Positions 48,717 through 62,470 are shown, counted from the first letter of the whole stretch. The stretch is DNA of 63,999 nt, filler included, from Basidiobolus ranarum (GCA_040143965.1; 14 parts of 14 records of this genome joined end to end with filler, not necessarily neighbours in it); one strand, 5' to 3'. Notes: generated from the letters alone by a model not told the origin. Program-made: numbers and translations.

Positions 48717-50378
48717 TATGGTGGCTTGCAACACAAAATTCACCTCAGCACATACCATAACAAAATGTATCTTCACACATTTTAATTTTCACATCATCCT
48801 CAATATTTGTACGTAACTTTTCAGCATTCACTTTATTATCGATATATAATTTATCCCGAATCTCTCTTCAATATCATCATCATGGTTGGAGAAACGAATG
48901 CGGATACAACCCTTGAAACGACTAAGCAAAGTTCGATCATTCTATTATACATGGCTTATCAAATAGTAAATAAATTCTTCTGAGATGAATATTTTGGAAC
49001 TTGTGAAAGGTAACTCGTCATCTACTCCCATGTCAAATTGAGCACACTGGAGATAAACTTCACTCCATCTACCAAACACAGCTGAATCCTCATCAATAGA
49101 ATATTACAATGCGGATAGGAAATCCAAATCATTAATGCAACCAAATATGGGGATGCATGTCTTTGCAGGCCAGCAATGGAACAGGATCTACCAAGCTTGC
49201 GCGATAAGATATTATCGCATTGTCTAAATAGGCCATATATGATTATGAATCATTGTGTGCATGATCGGTCGGTTCTAGTTCAAACGTTAAGCATTGTTTA
49301 ATATTTTCGTTTGACCATAAACCATTTATGTAGCATATGGAGTGAGTTTTGAGATTCCTCGATATAATCTTATCTCCCAAACTAAACCTGAGACGGGTTC
49401 AACTTTTTGGAGGCCAATGAGGATATCTCAAAGTCTCAAAGACTGGGTATATCGGATTTTATGCTAGAACTCACGGGTGTCTGGCAGAATACCTTCTCAT
49501 TCGGGTTCTATTTAAGTGAGTTTTACATCATAGGATGCAACGAGTGTAGTGTCAGTTGAAGTCACAACTTTGGCGCAATGACTTTGGCGAAAGTATGAAT
49601 TCAACTCCACTTGTATCACTTTGAAATGTCTACTGCGACAGTTTATAGCTAATCGATGCATAGCGATGTACTTATTGAAATGGCACTAACTACGACCCCT
49701 TGGTTTGAAAGATGTTATCCCCATCTTTCATGCATTTAGTGAAGCATTAATAGGCGCAGCATAATCTCGAACCTTTTACTATTATTGCGTTTAGCTATCG
49801 CACTGATCGTAAAGAGCACTGTCACTAAAATGACTACCATCTATTGAAGTATATTGACTAAATCTGATGGTTTCTTATTTATTGGTTATCCTCAGACGAG
49901 TAAATGAAGCTCTAGCTGCATCGCGTTAATCCGAATCTCTACCTGTAGGAGCGCATAGCTAACCCCTTATATTGCTACAATCACAGGTATGGTCAAACAG
50001 CATTGACTTCATAGAATTAATAGACTCCATCTTCACCAAGCATGAAGTACAAAACAAAAGGTTGGAGTGAATCGAGCAACCATAATACTGACATGACTTC
50101 AAGTAGCTAAGCTCTGTTGATGGTGTCCAGTATACTTTGAAGAGATAAATGATTCAAGCGAATTCATTTCTTGAGATAATGTATTAGTATATGAGAAATA
50201 ATCAAGTTGATTTGAACATAGCATGAACACCTATTAGGTTTATTAATTTTTATACTACTCAGATTTTTTTACTTGCTGATTTTATGACTATCACCTCATT
50301 GTAGGAATACTTTGCTGATATTTAAAAAGTACTGAAATCTTCATCAATCTATCTCTTAATTTATGGATACATATCCAC

Positions 50379-50509
50379 TGTTGAAATTAGCATTGCCTAA
50401 ACACCTATATAGTCATATATAGCTTAGTACTTAGTTATCTTATAACTCACTAAGATATTATCAATTATTCTCAATCGGAATTTACTTAGAATATTTTTAC
50501 CAACTTAGA
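50379..50509 (+). repeat. LTR family A, 5' part cut by the contig end
   Basis: TGTTGAAATTAGCATTGCCTAAACACCTATATAGTCATATATAG matches 52096 onward. Confidence 0.8.
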
Positions 50510-50609
50510 NNNNNNNNNNNNNNNNNNNNNNNNNNNNNNNNNNNNNNNNNNNNTTAATTAATTAANNNNNNNNNNNNNNNNNNNNNNNNNNNNNNNNNNN
50601 NNNNNNNNN
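50510..50609. other. Artificial contig spacer
   Basis: N44-TTAATTAATTAA-N44. Confidence 0.98.
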
Positions 50610-51047
50610 TTGACAGAGAAGATACTTTGGCAAGAATCTCTATTGATTACTGGCATTGATTGGACTTAGATCTGATCAAGGAATACATGGGGCTTATGTA
50701 GCTATTGCAAGGTGAAACATAATTTACTGAATAGGGAATATAATGTGGCAAGTTCAAGTGTTGGGGACTACAAGCATCAATACAAAGACAGAGGATGCAA
50801 GGATAATGTAAGGATGATCAGGTGACCTTCCATGGAAGGTCTTGGTAGAAATACATTATGTGTGGGATATCATGATTAGTTAGGTTTCCTGGAATGTTCC
50901 AAAGAACATGACTTCCATGTAAGGTAACTTGGATGAGCTAACAGAAGATTGCCAAGAAGGGATGGCACAGCAGATATGATGTCAAAATCTGATAATAGAA
51001 GAGTTCTATTTGCAGCAGATGAGTATGCCAAGGTAAGAATCATGACA
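50610..51047 (-). repeat. LTR family D (truncated), inverted copy of 54193-54636
   Basis: Reverse-complement match, e.g. gatactttggcaagaat, gaccttccatggaaggtc and terminal CATGACA. Confidence 0.8.
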
Positions 51048-52095
51048 GTATCCTATCCTTTAGTGATGTGATGTATAAGGCAAAGAAGTAGGTCCTTTGC
51101 TGAGATACTCAGGGGTAACATAACCTGACATATTGTATAATGATAACTACAAACTATAAATCAATGCCAAAATCTGAAAACATATGATCAGCTTCTGAGC
51201 ACTTATTAGCTAGAAATGTAACATTAGCATCCATGCCACCTTCTTATCAGGCAAAAAGCATGGAAATGGAGTTAGTTCTGTTGATCTTTGCATGGTCAAC
51301 ACAAATTTTTGGGAGAGACATATTCAAGGTTCCTTTACAGTACAAGCTTGACGTATTTGAAGTACGCAGGTATAGGCTCATGTTTGGATCTCATTTATAC
51401 AGTAATCATGGCTATTTCTGTGCCACCTTGAGCTCCTGATCTGGGATAAGGGTACTACAACTTCCTACATTGTATTGGGTACTTGGCTAGGCTGAATACT
51501 GGTTGATTGGGATACAGGAATGTGTTTTTCTCATAATTATGGTTGCAATCAATTAGTAGGATTTGATCAAGAGAAATTTGATTTTGGTCATTATCAAAGT
51601 TCATTTTGGATGAGACTTTTTCAATTTTGTAAAATATGGCATAATTGGACTTAATTAACTTTGAAATTCTGGTATCATAGAGTCTGTAGGCCTCAGTTCA
51701 AGTACAATAACTAAGAAAAATATATATCCTACTTTTTTGATAAAATTTAGACTTGCTTTTTTTCTTGATTTTGACAAGAACAGTGCATTGAAAAGTCCTC
51801 AAATATCTTGCATCAGGTTTAACTTCAAACACAACTTGATATTGGGAAGAGTTAGACCAACCCCTAGTCAAGCACCTATTCTTTAGATATTAAGCTGTAA
51901 CTATAGATTTCATCTGTATGTTAGGAGATACATTTTATGCATTTATTGTCAATCTTGCCATTGCTTCTATAGTTCTATTAGCTCATGCAGCAACAAGATT
52001 TTGTTGAGATGAAAAGGGGGCAGTAGTTTCTTGCTTGAATACATGAACTTTGCCAAAATGAACAGATAGTGCTAAAATATATGCTCTCATAGTAT

Positions 52096-52445
52096 TGTTG
52101 AAATTAGCTTTGCCTAAACATCTATATAGTCATATATAGTTTAGTGCTTAGTATTCTTATATTTCACTTATACCACATTATCCATTATTCAGATTCACAA
52201 TTTACTTAGAATACTGACACCAACTTAGAAATTCTTGGATAGGTATATTTTTCAAACTTGTGCTAGAAGTGCCAAACTTTGCACACATGTTTCTGGGACC
52301 TTCCTTAACACATTCTACTTCTTTGTTTGTGTATATCTTGACAAAACTAGAAATGTAAACTTCCTACTCAATATATCAATAAGTGATAATCACCAATTCC
52401 TCTAATTCTCCAAACCAATTCCAACAGGCTCCCAAATACTTTAAA
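52096..52445 (+). repeat. Solo LTR, family A (~350 bp)
   Basis: TGTTGAA start; four further homologous pieces in the window. Confidence 0.8.
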
Positions 52446-52449
52446 AAGT

Positions 52450-52745
52450 TTCACTGATTATTTTCTTGATTTTACTTCCAGTTTTAGTCTCAGCAAGCAT
52501 TTTATAATCTTTGAAAGCTCAGGGTGCTTCTTCTTTTCTTTCATAAAGGAGACCTAAATGAATCTTTTGTAATCATTAATACATGTCATAAATCTTTTCT
52601 GCCTGGGGATAAATATTGCATGTGTGCACACAAATTTGAAAGAATTAGATCCAATTTTCCCACATTTATCTTAATCATGGCTCTTGAATGGTTGCCTAGC
52701 TTGTTTCCCATGTATGCTATCATCACAAATTTCCATATTGTTTAG
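52450..52745 (-). mobile_element. Copia GAG-pre-integrase/integrase fragment
   Basis: DSIHGKQARQPFK...RFMTCINDY (degenerate CxxGKQxRxPF and FIDDY). Confidence 0.55.
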
Positions 52746-53499
52746 GGTTTCATTGGAATTCCAGAAAATAAGCAATATTGTTCATTTTGCTCAAATAATC
52801 CAATTCAATAAATACATATCTTATTCCGTGATTGAATTAATTCTTGGTTAGAAAATCTTATATTTGCCCATAAACTGTGTAGATTGTGCTCATGTTTGTA
52901 TAAGTTCTGATCCTTTTCTCCCAGTGTTAAATAGGTCGCATTTTGATATGTGATGTGTCCTGCTAAATCATCAAAATTTAAATCCAGACCTCTGGAGATG
53001 GCCTTTGATTATGCTATTAATATTTGAAAGGATCCAGACTATTTAGTGTGTTTTTAAAAGTATACACTCTCTGTTGGAGTCACCAGTTAAATTGACTTGA
53101 AATGTTCCCATTCCAATGTCCTCCAATTTATGTTCATCTTCCTCAATAATCTTTCTAACTGTGATTTTTTCATAGCCTGTAAGCCAATATTTTTTATTTA
53201 CCAAATATCAGGAGTCTTCAGAATGAATGTACTAGGTCTGAGGTTCCTTTTTGGTAGTCACATATAGAGCAAACATGAACAACCAATCATTTGTGATAAC
53301 TGTACATCCTGGTTCAGTATGTTTCACCTCTATTGCCATGCATTGAAAGCAACTTTGCTAAATGCTAGTCATTGAGACTTGCTTCACTTTATTGGGCCAG
53401 AACAGACCGGCTAAAAATTGTGCTAGCACAACTTGGCATGATTGAGCACTAATGGGCACAACATCATTCACCATTACAAAAGTAGTTTTTTACTTATGA

Positions 53500-54192
53500 G
53501 CTATATTTAGAAGCAGTTCCTTTGGAAATTATTGCACATTGGAAAGTCTACAGCTCTTAATGAATATTGTTGAGTACAAATCTGTTGACCATCAATTGAG
53601 ATTTAGACCAATTTGTCTCACTTTATTGAGGCCAACAAAATGATTTTCTTCTTAGCTTTCCTTTTGCAATGCTATATCTTTTTAGAAAGTTAAAGTTATG
53701 TTCTTCTCTTGTTTGAATTGAAAAAGATTTCATTATAAAGGTTTTGCTTCTGTGTAGGTATACCTCCTCTGTACCTCTTGTTAGCTGTGACACATCCCAG
53801 CCTTCTCCATTCCTCCCCAGCATATGCAAATCAGCCATAGTTCTTTCATATCATACAATTGGTGTAGGCTTCTCTACCCAAAGCTGTTGTCATAGTATCT
53901 CTCTGGATGTAGCCAACAAAACCTAATGATGTTTACATCCAAATCTGTCAAAGCTTGGAACTCTGCACAGTAAGCTTTGTACTTGGCTATGTAGAGTAGC
54001 TTTTGGTTGTTTTTGGGTCTGTTAATTCTCACAGGAAATGTGACAAGAATACTTCTGATACAAACACTATTGGGAAATACTCCAGTAAATGGAAGGAAAT
54101 TAGAGTCTCTGAATATTTTGTCCCAGGCACCCTCAATATCATTTATCACTGAAGCTAAAGAATTTTTACGTATTTGAAACCTGGCATGTAAG
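53500..54192 (-). mobile_element. Degenerate PIF/Harbinger-ISL2EU-like (IS5-type DDE) transposase
   Basis: ILVTFPVRINRPKNNQKLLYIAKYKAYCAEFQALTDLDVNII...HP...D followed by an AD-x-xY-like segment; fits the decayed DDE_Tnp_4 pattern. Confidence 0.55.
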
Positions 54193-54732
54193 TGTCATGA
54201 TTCTGATCTTGGCAAACTGATCCACTGCTAATAGAACTTTTCTATTTTTAGATTATGCATCATATCTGCTGTGCCATCCCATCTTGGCAATCTTGTGTTA
54301 GTTCATCCAGGTTACCTTATATGAAAGTCATGTTCTTTGGAATATTCCATGAAACCTAACCCATCATGTCAACCCACATATAGTGTACTTCTGCCAAGAC
54401 CTTCCATGGAAGGTCACCTGATCATCCATGAATCATCCTTACATCATCCCTCTTTGTATAGGTCCTTGTAGTCCGCTACACCCCAACACTTGAACTTGCC
54501 ACAGTATATTCCCTATTCAGTATATTATGTGTCACCCTGCAATATCTATATAAGCCCCGTGTATTCCTTGATCAGACCACATTCTGATCAATGCCAGTTA
54601 GCAATAAACATTCTTGCCAAAGTATCTTCCCTGTCCAGTCTTGTCTTTTCTTGAGATCTACACCCTAGTGCTCTCCTGCCTTCTCACCTCTTGTTGTTGT
54701 TTCCAGTCCTTGTCCAGCTCCTTACTGTGACA
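54193..54732 (+). repeat. Complete LTR, family D (540 bp)
   Basis: TGTCA...TGACA termini, internal TATATAAG and AATAAA; second copy at 50610-51047. Confidence 0.82.
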
Positions 54733-55094
54733 ATTTGAAGTGACTATCTATACTTGCCGGTAGACATCCCTCAATCCCTGTTCTCCAACCTTGAAACCCC
54801 CCAAGGTCGGCTTCCCCCTTATTCCCCATCTTTCCCAAGCTTCCCTGCAAAGGCAAAGGTACCTTCCACCTTTGGATAATTGCTCTAAGTTCATCCTTGT
54901 CAAGACACTACTGGTTGAGTTTACAATTGTTTTTGATCAAAGAAGCTTTAGTACTTAATCAAGATCAAAGGACATTCATACCAGCATAATCTTTTGTCAA
55001 GGGGCCAATCAATTCTTCAACAGAAAGTTGGACATTGCATTTTGATTATCATTCCTAGAGAAACTTGTGGTTTTTAAACTTCCCCCTCCCAACA

Positions 55095-55194
55095 NNNNNN
55101 NNNNNNNNNNNNNNNNNNNNNNNNNNNNNNNNNNNNNNTTAATTAATTAANNNNNNNNNNNNNNNNNNNNNNNNNNNNNNNNNNNNNNNNNNNN
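55095..55194. other. Artificial contig spacer
   Basis: N44-TTAATTAATTAA-N44. Confidence 0.98.
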
Positions 55195-55255
55195 CTCCAT
55201 ATTTTCCTCTTTTGGGAATTACTGCTTGTACCACAAGTCACCAGACTTTCAACAG

Positions 55256-55779
55256 GTACTTAGTTATCTTATAATTCACTAAGATATTATCAATTTTTCT
55301 CAATTGGAATTTACTTAGAATATTTTTACCAACTTAGATGTTCTCAGATATATAGATTTTTCAAACTTGTGCTAGAAGCCCCAAACTTTGCACACACATT
55401 CCTGGGACCTTCCTTAACATATTCTACATGTTAGTTTGCTTACATCTTGACAAAACTATAAATGTCAACTTCCTACTCAATAAATGAATAAGTGAAAACC
55501 ACCAATTCCTCTAATTCCCCCAATCACTTCCAACAGGCTCCCAAATACTTTAGCAAGCACAAGTTTGAAAAATCTATGTATCTGAGAACTTTTAAGTTGG
55601 TGTCAATATTCTAAGTACATCTCTCTTGAGAAGAATGGGTAATATCTTAGTTCAATATGGGATAACTAAATACTAAGTTATATAGTCATATATAGCTTGG
55701 TAATAAATTAATAAATGAAAACTATCAATTTCTCTATTTTCCCAAACCACTTCCAGCAGGCTCCCAAAATACTTTAACA
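55256..55779. repeat. Rearranged family A LTR cluster (forward ~55256-55552, inverted ~55555-55700, forward 3' end ~55705-55779)
   Basis: tttcaaacttgtgct at ~55359 versus agcacaagtttgaaa at ~55556; caggctcccaaa occurs twice. Confidence 0.75.
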
Positions 55780-58674
55780 GTTGATACAATGCTTTCTTTT
55801 CTTTGATAAATGAGTCATAAATAAAGTTAACTGTATATTGAATAAAGATTAATTATTTAACAGCTATAGGAAAATGAGTAGATATCCAGATTTAGGCTCT
55901 GTTGAACAAGGTTGAGATAATCATATAATCTTTAAACTTCCAAGTTGGTCACAATATTGAGCATGGATTCCTCATGAAGATATTGAGCAGTAACATAGTG
56001 AAATTTAGGTGGCAAATTATAAGACTCTATAGATGCTTAAGCTATGTCTTTTTCAACAAATACCAATATTATACAGTAGCAGTTATTTTTAAAAATAATT
56101 TTGAGTAAACACTGTAATATCAAGGCCAAAAAAAAAGTTTTCTAAGCTATATAGCCTTCTCTGTCGTGTGTGTGGATATTGTATACTGGGCTTCTGTTAT
56201 TCGAGACAGTTAGATATATACAGAGTAGGAAAGATAACAATAAAAATACTAAACTTCAACAGTAATATCTAGTGCCTAATTTTGATTATAAAATCATCAA
56301 AAATCTAATTGACTAATCCATCAAGTTTCTGAGAACCCTAAAGTCAACTTCAAATTATTCATTGCTAAGAATATTAATTGAAGAAATGTAAATTGCACAT
56401 TGGCAACGCATGGATAAATACTTTATTCGCACATAATAATCTACAAAGAATGTTGTAGTTACTTTTATTGGTAATCACCGATTTCAAATCCATCCGATAG
56501 GATTTTGTGTAGCGAATTATCATGGCTCGTAGTAACAGATGTTACTCAAGAACAATGGTAACACATTGGTAAGAGTATTCCTGAATATTTTACTTTCAAT
56601 ATTTTCAATACTTGATCTGTTACTCTCTCACGCTGACTTTACTCTTTATTACTGCCAAAATTAAGTCAACTAGCAAAGGAGTGTTGTAGGTGCAAATAGA
56701 GGTAGAGTATACATAGAGGAAGTGGTCAATACCAAATGATATGGTAATCACGCAAAGAGGTTCATAGCTGTGTGGTATGGCTTGGTTAAACTCGAGGAAT
56801 GAAATTTCATATGCTTAATTAATATATAAAAAATTGAGGGTAGCAGTAATTAATAGAACCCTACGTATAAGAGATCTACCATGTAATATACTCCCAATTT
56901 ACCGTATCCTTAACGTCAGCCAGTTGTTACTAAAATAGGGTGCATTGATCATCTTGCTACTCTCTTCTTGAAGCAGGTGTGAATATAGACCGATAAAAGT
57001 TTGGTTTTTGTGCAAGAGGCTTAGGGTTATCTGACGTAGGATTTAGGATATAAATGAAAATTGTTACAAGAGAGAGTACTTTAAGTCAGAGATGACAAAG
57101 CTGGGCAATAATGAGTGAAAGTGGCGAAAGCACCTGAGTAAGGTGCTACTACCAACCAAACGCTGAAAGTCTACGCCTCGAAGATCGGAGGAGACTTGGT
57201 AGCCGTTGTGTGATTACATGACCAAATTTTTACAGCCAAGAATCCGCCAATGATGGCTGTATAGCTAATAAACACGATGTAGTGGTTATAAATAGATCCA
57301 TAGTTTCAAATTGAACACATCTAAATAATCTCCCTCCATCAACCAATTCTGCCACGAGATAACATTTTCAAAGCCGCTTTCATCCAATAGCTTAACGATC
57401 TCTATAACCCCCTCTCCCGGAGCATGCTCAACTTGATACCGATACATCGTTAGCAGTGGTTTCACTACGAATTTGAATCCTTCCCTTAGTGAGTGCTACG
57501 TATCCAATAATAGTATCCATAAGTAGAGGTAGAGCTATGGTCAAGGTTACCAATGTCTTGTTCATTAAAGATGGTGATTGAGGATAGAGTTAGTTACTAC
57601 GAAAATATCGAAAAAATCGTACGAGCGGTTATTAAAATGAAAGTAGAGTAATATTAAAGAACTTATCGAAATGCTCAAAGCAACTATATCTGTGCTAATA
57701 CCAAAATATTTATTTCGGTGCTTCCTTCACTCGTGGAGTTTATAGGCATTATAGTCCTTTCGTCCCACTTGTACTTGGATTGAAGTATATGAGATGCATT
57801 GTTGAACTAGAGAAGTACTTCAGACATTTACAGCTCAAAACGCCAATGTGACAGATGCCACTGCTAACTATCGACAGTGGCAATGCTCACTTCTTTGTCT
57901 GAGAACCCACTTCATACAAATACGCTTGGAAGAGCATCTCTCTGCAATTTTCTTCCAAGTTGTACATATGTAAGATCGTAATGACCCAAGGAGTTGTGTC
58001 AGACAAGTACATAGACTGGAAACTTACGTATATATCGAATGCGAGTAGCACTACAAACTCGCCATCATCGATTGTGTTCGTCACCCTATATTCGTAGCTT
58101 TTCCATTCCACCAGTAAAATTCGGTATCCAGGTATAGCAGTCATCAAGTGCTTGTCACGAGAAAGTCACCCGACTTACGATTGGTTCAATTGTTGCATGA
58201 TGTAAAATGATCCAATGATGGATCGACCGAGCCGAATCTTCTTGTGACGGATAATCATAGGCCCTATCCGAAGAATGCATTGGGTTTTTGCAGTCAAAAG
58301 TTTACCAAGAATTCGCTGCGGAGATTGATCCAAACTGGATTAATTGTGTGAATGTTGACTCCATTACCATAACTCGCCAAATCTTCTAGTTATTACAGCA
58401 ATCGGAGTATTTCGATAATTTGCATAGTTGAAGAATGTAATCGGGAGATGCAGTTCTCATAGTATACGAATAGTGTAATATCTAATTACTAATATGAAAC
58501 GCCTGTGGTCCCGTTGAGTGGGAATTTCAAGTGGATTCTTCAATGGGAAAAATAGGATAATCAATTGAATCCAAGAGTTTTTGGTCATTTAGGGGTTAGC
58601 GAGCCAAAGATTATAAATAAAACCAGAACACCCATTTCTTTACATCAGCAACGCTTCTATTTCCAAACTCTAAC

Positions 58675-59677
58675 ATGCTTTTTAAGTCTCTCCACACCCC
58701 AGCTGAAATCCCAAACGAAGATATTTATACTTATATCTTCGATAAGCCTAGGGTACCAAGAGACCAAGTAGTCATTATTGATGCGGAAACTCATAAAAGC
58801 ATAACATTCGGGGAGATTCGTGATAAATCTTTGAAATTCGCTGGTAATTTGACGAAAGAATTCGATTTCCGAATTGGTGATCGATTGGCTCTATTTTCTC
58901 CAAATCATGTAAGTATTATCCATACTATGGTGGTTATTTGCGAGTAAAGCACTGACAGTGAGTCCTATCACAGATTCTCTATTCAACAGTCTTATTTGGA
59001 ACCGTTGTTACGGGTAAGTGGATGAATCCTGCCTCTTAAACAATCTTTCTCAAACTAATCGTCGGCTTTTAGGTGGTATCGTCACTACTGCAAATCCCAA
59101 CTATACAGCCACCGAGTTTGCTCGGCAGCTGGAACAGACAGAGCCCAAAGTTATGGTGACCAGTAATGTCTTGCTTCCAATAGCTAAAGAAGCTTTGAGG
59201 TTGGCAAATATTGGAGACCGTTGTAAGTTGGTGGTCTTGGAAGAAAGTGCTGAGGCTGGCGTTTACCCTATCAGTCAATTGTTTAAAAATACATCATTCC
59301 AAAGACCCAAGGTGAATCCCGAATCCACCGCCTATATATGTTACTCATCCGGAACCTCAGGTATTTCAAAAAAACCTCGTTTTTCAAACATTCAACCATC
59401 CTGAAATTTCTTTTACTGCATAGGTCATCCAAAGGGAGTTGAGACTACCCATCGCAATATAATAGCTAGTGTCTGTCAACAGGTCCAATTTACCGAGCCA
59501 GAGGAGCATACTCTTTCTGGGGTTCTGCCATTTTATCATATGTATGGGTTGTGCTGCTGCCTCCATGCACCTCTTACACAGAAAGGATGGAAGATTGTCA
59601 TCTTAAGTCGGTTTGACATGGAGAAATTCTTGATGGCTATTGAAAAATACAAGATCTCCAGGTTGATCATCGTGAAA
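58675..59677 (+). CDS. 4-coumarate-CoA ligase-like AMP-binding acyl-CoA synthetase, multi-exon, 3'-truncated
   Basis: MLFKS start, GDRLALFSPN, GGIVTTANPNYT, AMP motif YICYSSGTSG|HPKGVETTHRN, GVLPFYHMYGL; short GT-AG introns; TATAAATA at ~58612. Confidence 0.9.
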
Positions 59678-59777
59678 NNNNNNNNNNNNNNNNNNNNNNN
59701 NNNNNNNNNNNNNNNNNNNNNTTAATTAATTAANNNNNNNNNNNNNNNNNNNNNNNNNNNNNNNNNNNNNNNNNNNN
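59678..59777. other. Artificial contig spacer
   Basis: N44-TTAATTAATTAA-N44. Confidence 0.98.
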
Positions 59778-60489
59778 GCACTCCTGCTTTCTGGACGTGT
59801 TTCGGTTTGTCAACTATTTTGCTCGTGTCAATATGAAAATGCTTCCTAACTCTGAATTCCTAAATATAGGGTGGTCATTTGAACCCTGCTGTGACAATTG
59901 CTGTTGCCTTGATCCGCGGGATGCGATGGAGCAAAGTATGCGGATATATCATTGCCCAGCTAATAGGCGCATTCTCCGGTGCCGCCCTAGTTTACCTTTA
60001 CTTTTATCCGCTTATTCAAGCATACGACAATGGAACTCGCCATGTCGGTGGGGTACGAGATACAGCTGGCCTTTATGCCACTTACCAAAACCCAGCAATA
60101 TCTACTTTCTCTGCATTTGTTGGAGAATTCTTGGCCACAGGTGTTCTTATAGTAGGAATATTCACCGCTACGGACAAACGAAACAACATTCCGTCTTACT
60201 GTGCACCATTTATCATTGGATTGACTGCGATCTCTATTGGAATATCTCTAGGTAAGTGATTGTTGATGCTGTGACCTTTATATTCATAATTTAACATAAC
60301 GTATAAGGCTCTGTGAGTGGTGGATCTGTCAACCCCGCTCGTGATATGGGACCAAGGATCTTCACAGCAATTGCTGGGTGGGGACCTTCAGTGTTCACTG
60401 CTGGAAATTATTATTTCTGGATCCCTAATATTGCGCCATTCTTAGGCGCCATTTTTTCAGGGATGTTGTATGAATTCTTTGTTTGTTAA
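59778..60489 (+). CDS. Aquaglyceroporin (GlpF/AQP3-like MIP), 5'-truncated; exons 59778-59804, 59870-60251, 60308-60489
   Basis: [52 protein letters not shown]. Confidence 0.92.
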
Positions 60490-62470
60490 ATTGGGCTCAC
60501 ATATGATATGCTTACCACTTACCATTTACCACTCACCACTTTTCTGACAAGTTCGCTGGCATGAACCATACCCATTCTATTTATACTCTGTTACATACTA
60601 TTAGGCCGAACTTCTTTAAATATTAATAAATCAACTCGTAAGGGTTTCCACTAATATTCATGATACTTGTGGAGCGAATTACCATTAGAAAATTCTGTGA
60701 ACTATGTGGCCTCGTTAATCAATGCTTTGGCTTAATTTGGAGATAGAAACTGGATTAGTTCAAATCAACAAAAGCTTATCGAACTTATACAAGCTACAAA
60801 AGGTATGCATTCATCATCAGATTAATACAGGTGTCTAGACCGTATAGATGGAAATGAGGTATTGCTCCCTGTTTCAGTCCCAACGCTCTCATATCTGTTA
60901 AAACAAGCATACACATCCGAATGAATCCACTGGCTCTATGGTTTCAATTACTCGGATTTGATTTACAATCAGTCTGGTAAAACTTCTGTAAATGCACGCA
61001 TTTAATCAAACTATTAAGTACTATGGTAAATAAAAGACGTTAGACTCTACTTGCACAATCTCTTGAATCAAGGAGCAATGAACGAGATAAATATATTCAC
61101 TACCTGAGGCCAACAGGTTTTTGGTGTAGATTCTAGACCCAACGATAATAAGACTACTCAAACCCCACAGCAACAACCATCGTGAAAGGTAGAATCACCC
61201 CAATTGAATGGAGTAGAAGTAGGAGCAAGAGTAAGAGTGGGGGTTTACGCCTGTTGATTAAGCCATCCGCATTCCTCAAACATGATGTTGTCTATAACCG
61301 TTGATTGCTCAGAAAACTGCGTTAATTGATTCATGTTGACTTCAGATTATCCTTTGTGTTTCGTCATTTGCCCCTGCACAAGAGGTATGATTGGGTGTCA
61401 TAATGGTTCGTTACATATCTGGAGCGAATCTCAAATATACAGACAATTACTAAATTTTCATTTTAACTGGCTTGAGTCTCCTCTCGAAACCAGATGCCGA
61501 TGTTACTCTAAACTCAGCAGATGAGAAGCATATTACTACTTGAAGGATATCTAGTTCATTAATATTGTTGGTAGAACATGAGATACACCTGTGGTACAGT
61601 TGGATCCAAAACAAAACCTGACACTCCTGATACTGCCAATATTACTCATAACGCCTTAGAATCAACTATAAGTTGGTTTATTTAATCCTAGAGAGAGGGG
61701 TTGGGTCAGTATCAATTTTCATATGATCGTGCGTCTGGTTATGGCTACTTGTCCGATCTCACCTAAACCAATAAATGTTCAGTAACTTCTCGTGCTTACT
61801 GGAATTCTACAAGATACGTTGCGGAAGAGCTCCAGAAGTGTGCATATGTAGGAATCGAGATTTCCTGGTGATGGCTTATGATAGGTTATTTGTAACACAT
61901 ATTTTACTCCTTGAGTGACTGTAGCTAATCAAATTCGTCAGATTTGTGTAGCCTGCGATGATTTTATGAAAGTAGTCTATTTTCTAGATTAAAAATGACC
62001 TTGATTAAACTGACTCGCTGCAGAGTAAGTGGTTAATGTCAAAACCTCATTGTTCCTCATGGCTTTCGTGCAAGTGACCTTCCTTTTGTACCTCCAGTTT
62101 TTCCTTTCAATATTGAACAATTACCGGATTGGTCTGAGCAAGGAAAATAAAATGGTACTGAATTATATGGTGTCTCCCGGTATGGCTTATTTGTCTATTT
62201 AGCTAATCGACTAAAGATCTCTTCGATATTATTTCTGTTCTAATTAATCGCAGTGTTTATATGGATTCTCCTTAAGCTGAAGAATTATACATCTTTCGAT
62301 AAAATCAACCCTAATTTCACAAATTGAATGAGCTTTCCACCAAGATTTTTTCCAATCGTACGGAGAAAATAATCTTTATCCTTTAAATTTAACTCTACTT
62401 CCTCTTGCATCCTTTGATTGACCTTTGAGCCTTTCGCTCGAATTCACTTCCTCCTTCGCAATCTTCCTTG

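Noticed and set aside
46021..50509. Bacterial contamination as the source of the GltP-like contig
   Set aside because: Long non-coding flanks, a TATA box, no operon and a host-family LTR on the same contig.
57855..57885. Short inverted repeat GCCACTG...CAGTGGC
   Set aside because: An 8-bp stem with no supporting context; expected by chance.
4516..59777. Regularly spaced TTAATTAATTAA palindromes as a biological repeat or CRISPR-like array
   Set aside because: Always centred in 44+44 Ns; an artificial linker.
41431..60489. SDR, tyrosinase, transporter, 4CL and aquaporin as a biosynthetic gene cluster
   Set aside because: They lie on four unlinked contigs; only SDR, tyrosinase and the small secreted protein share one, with no evident pathway.
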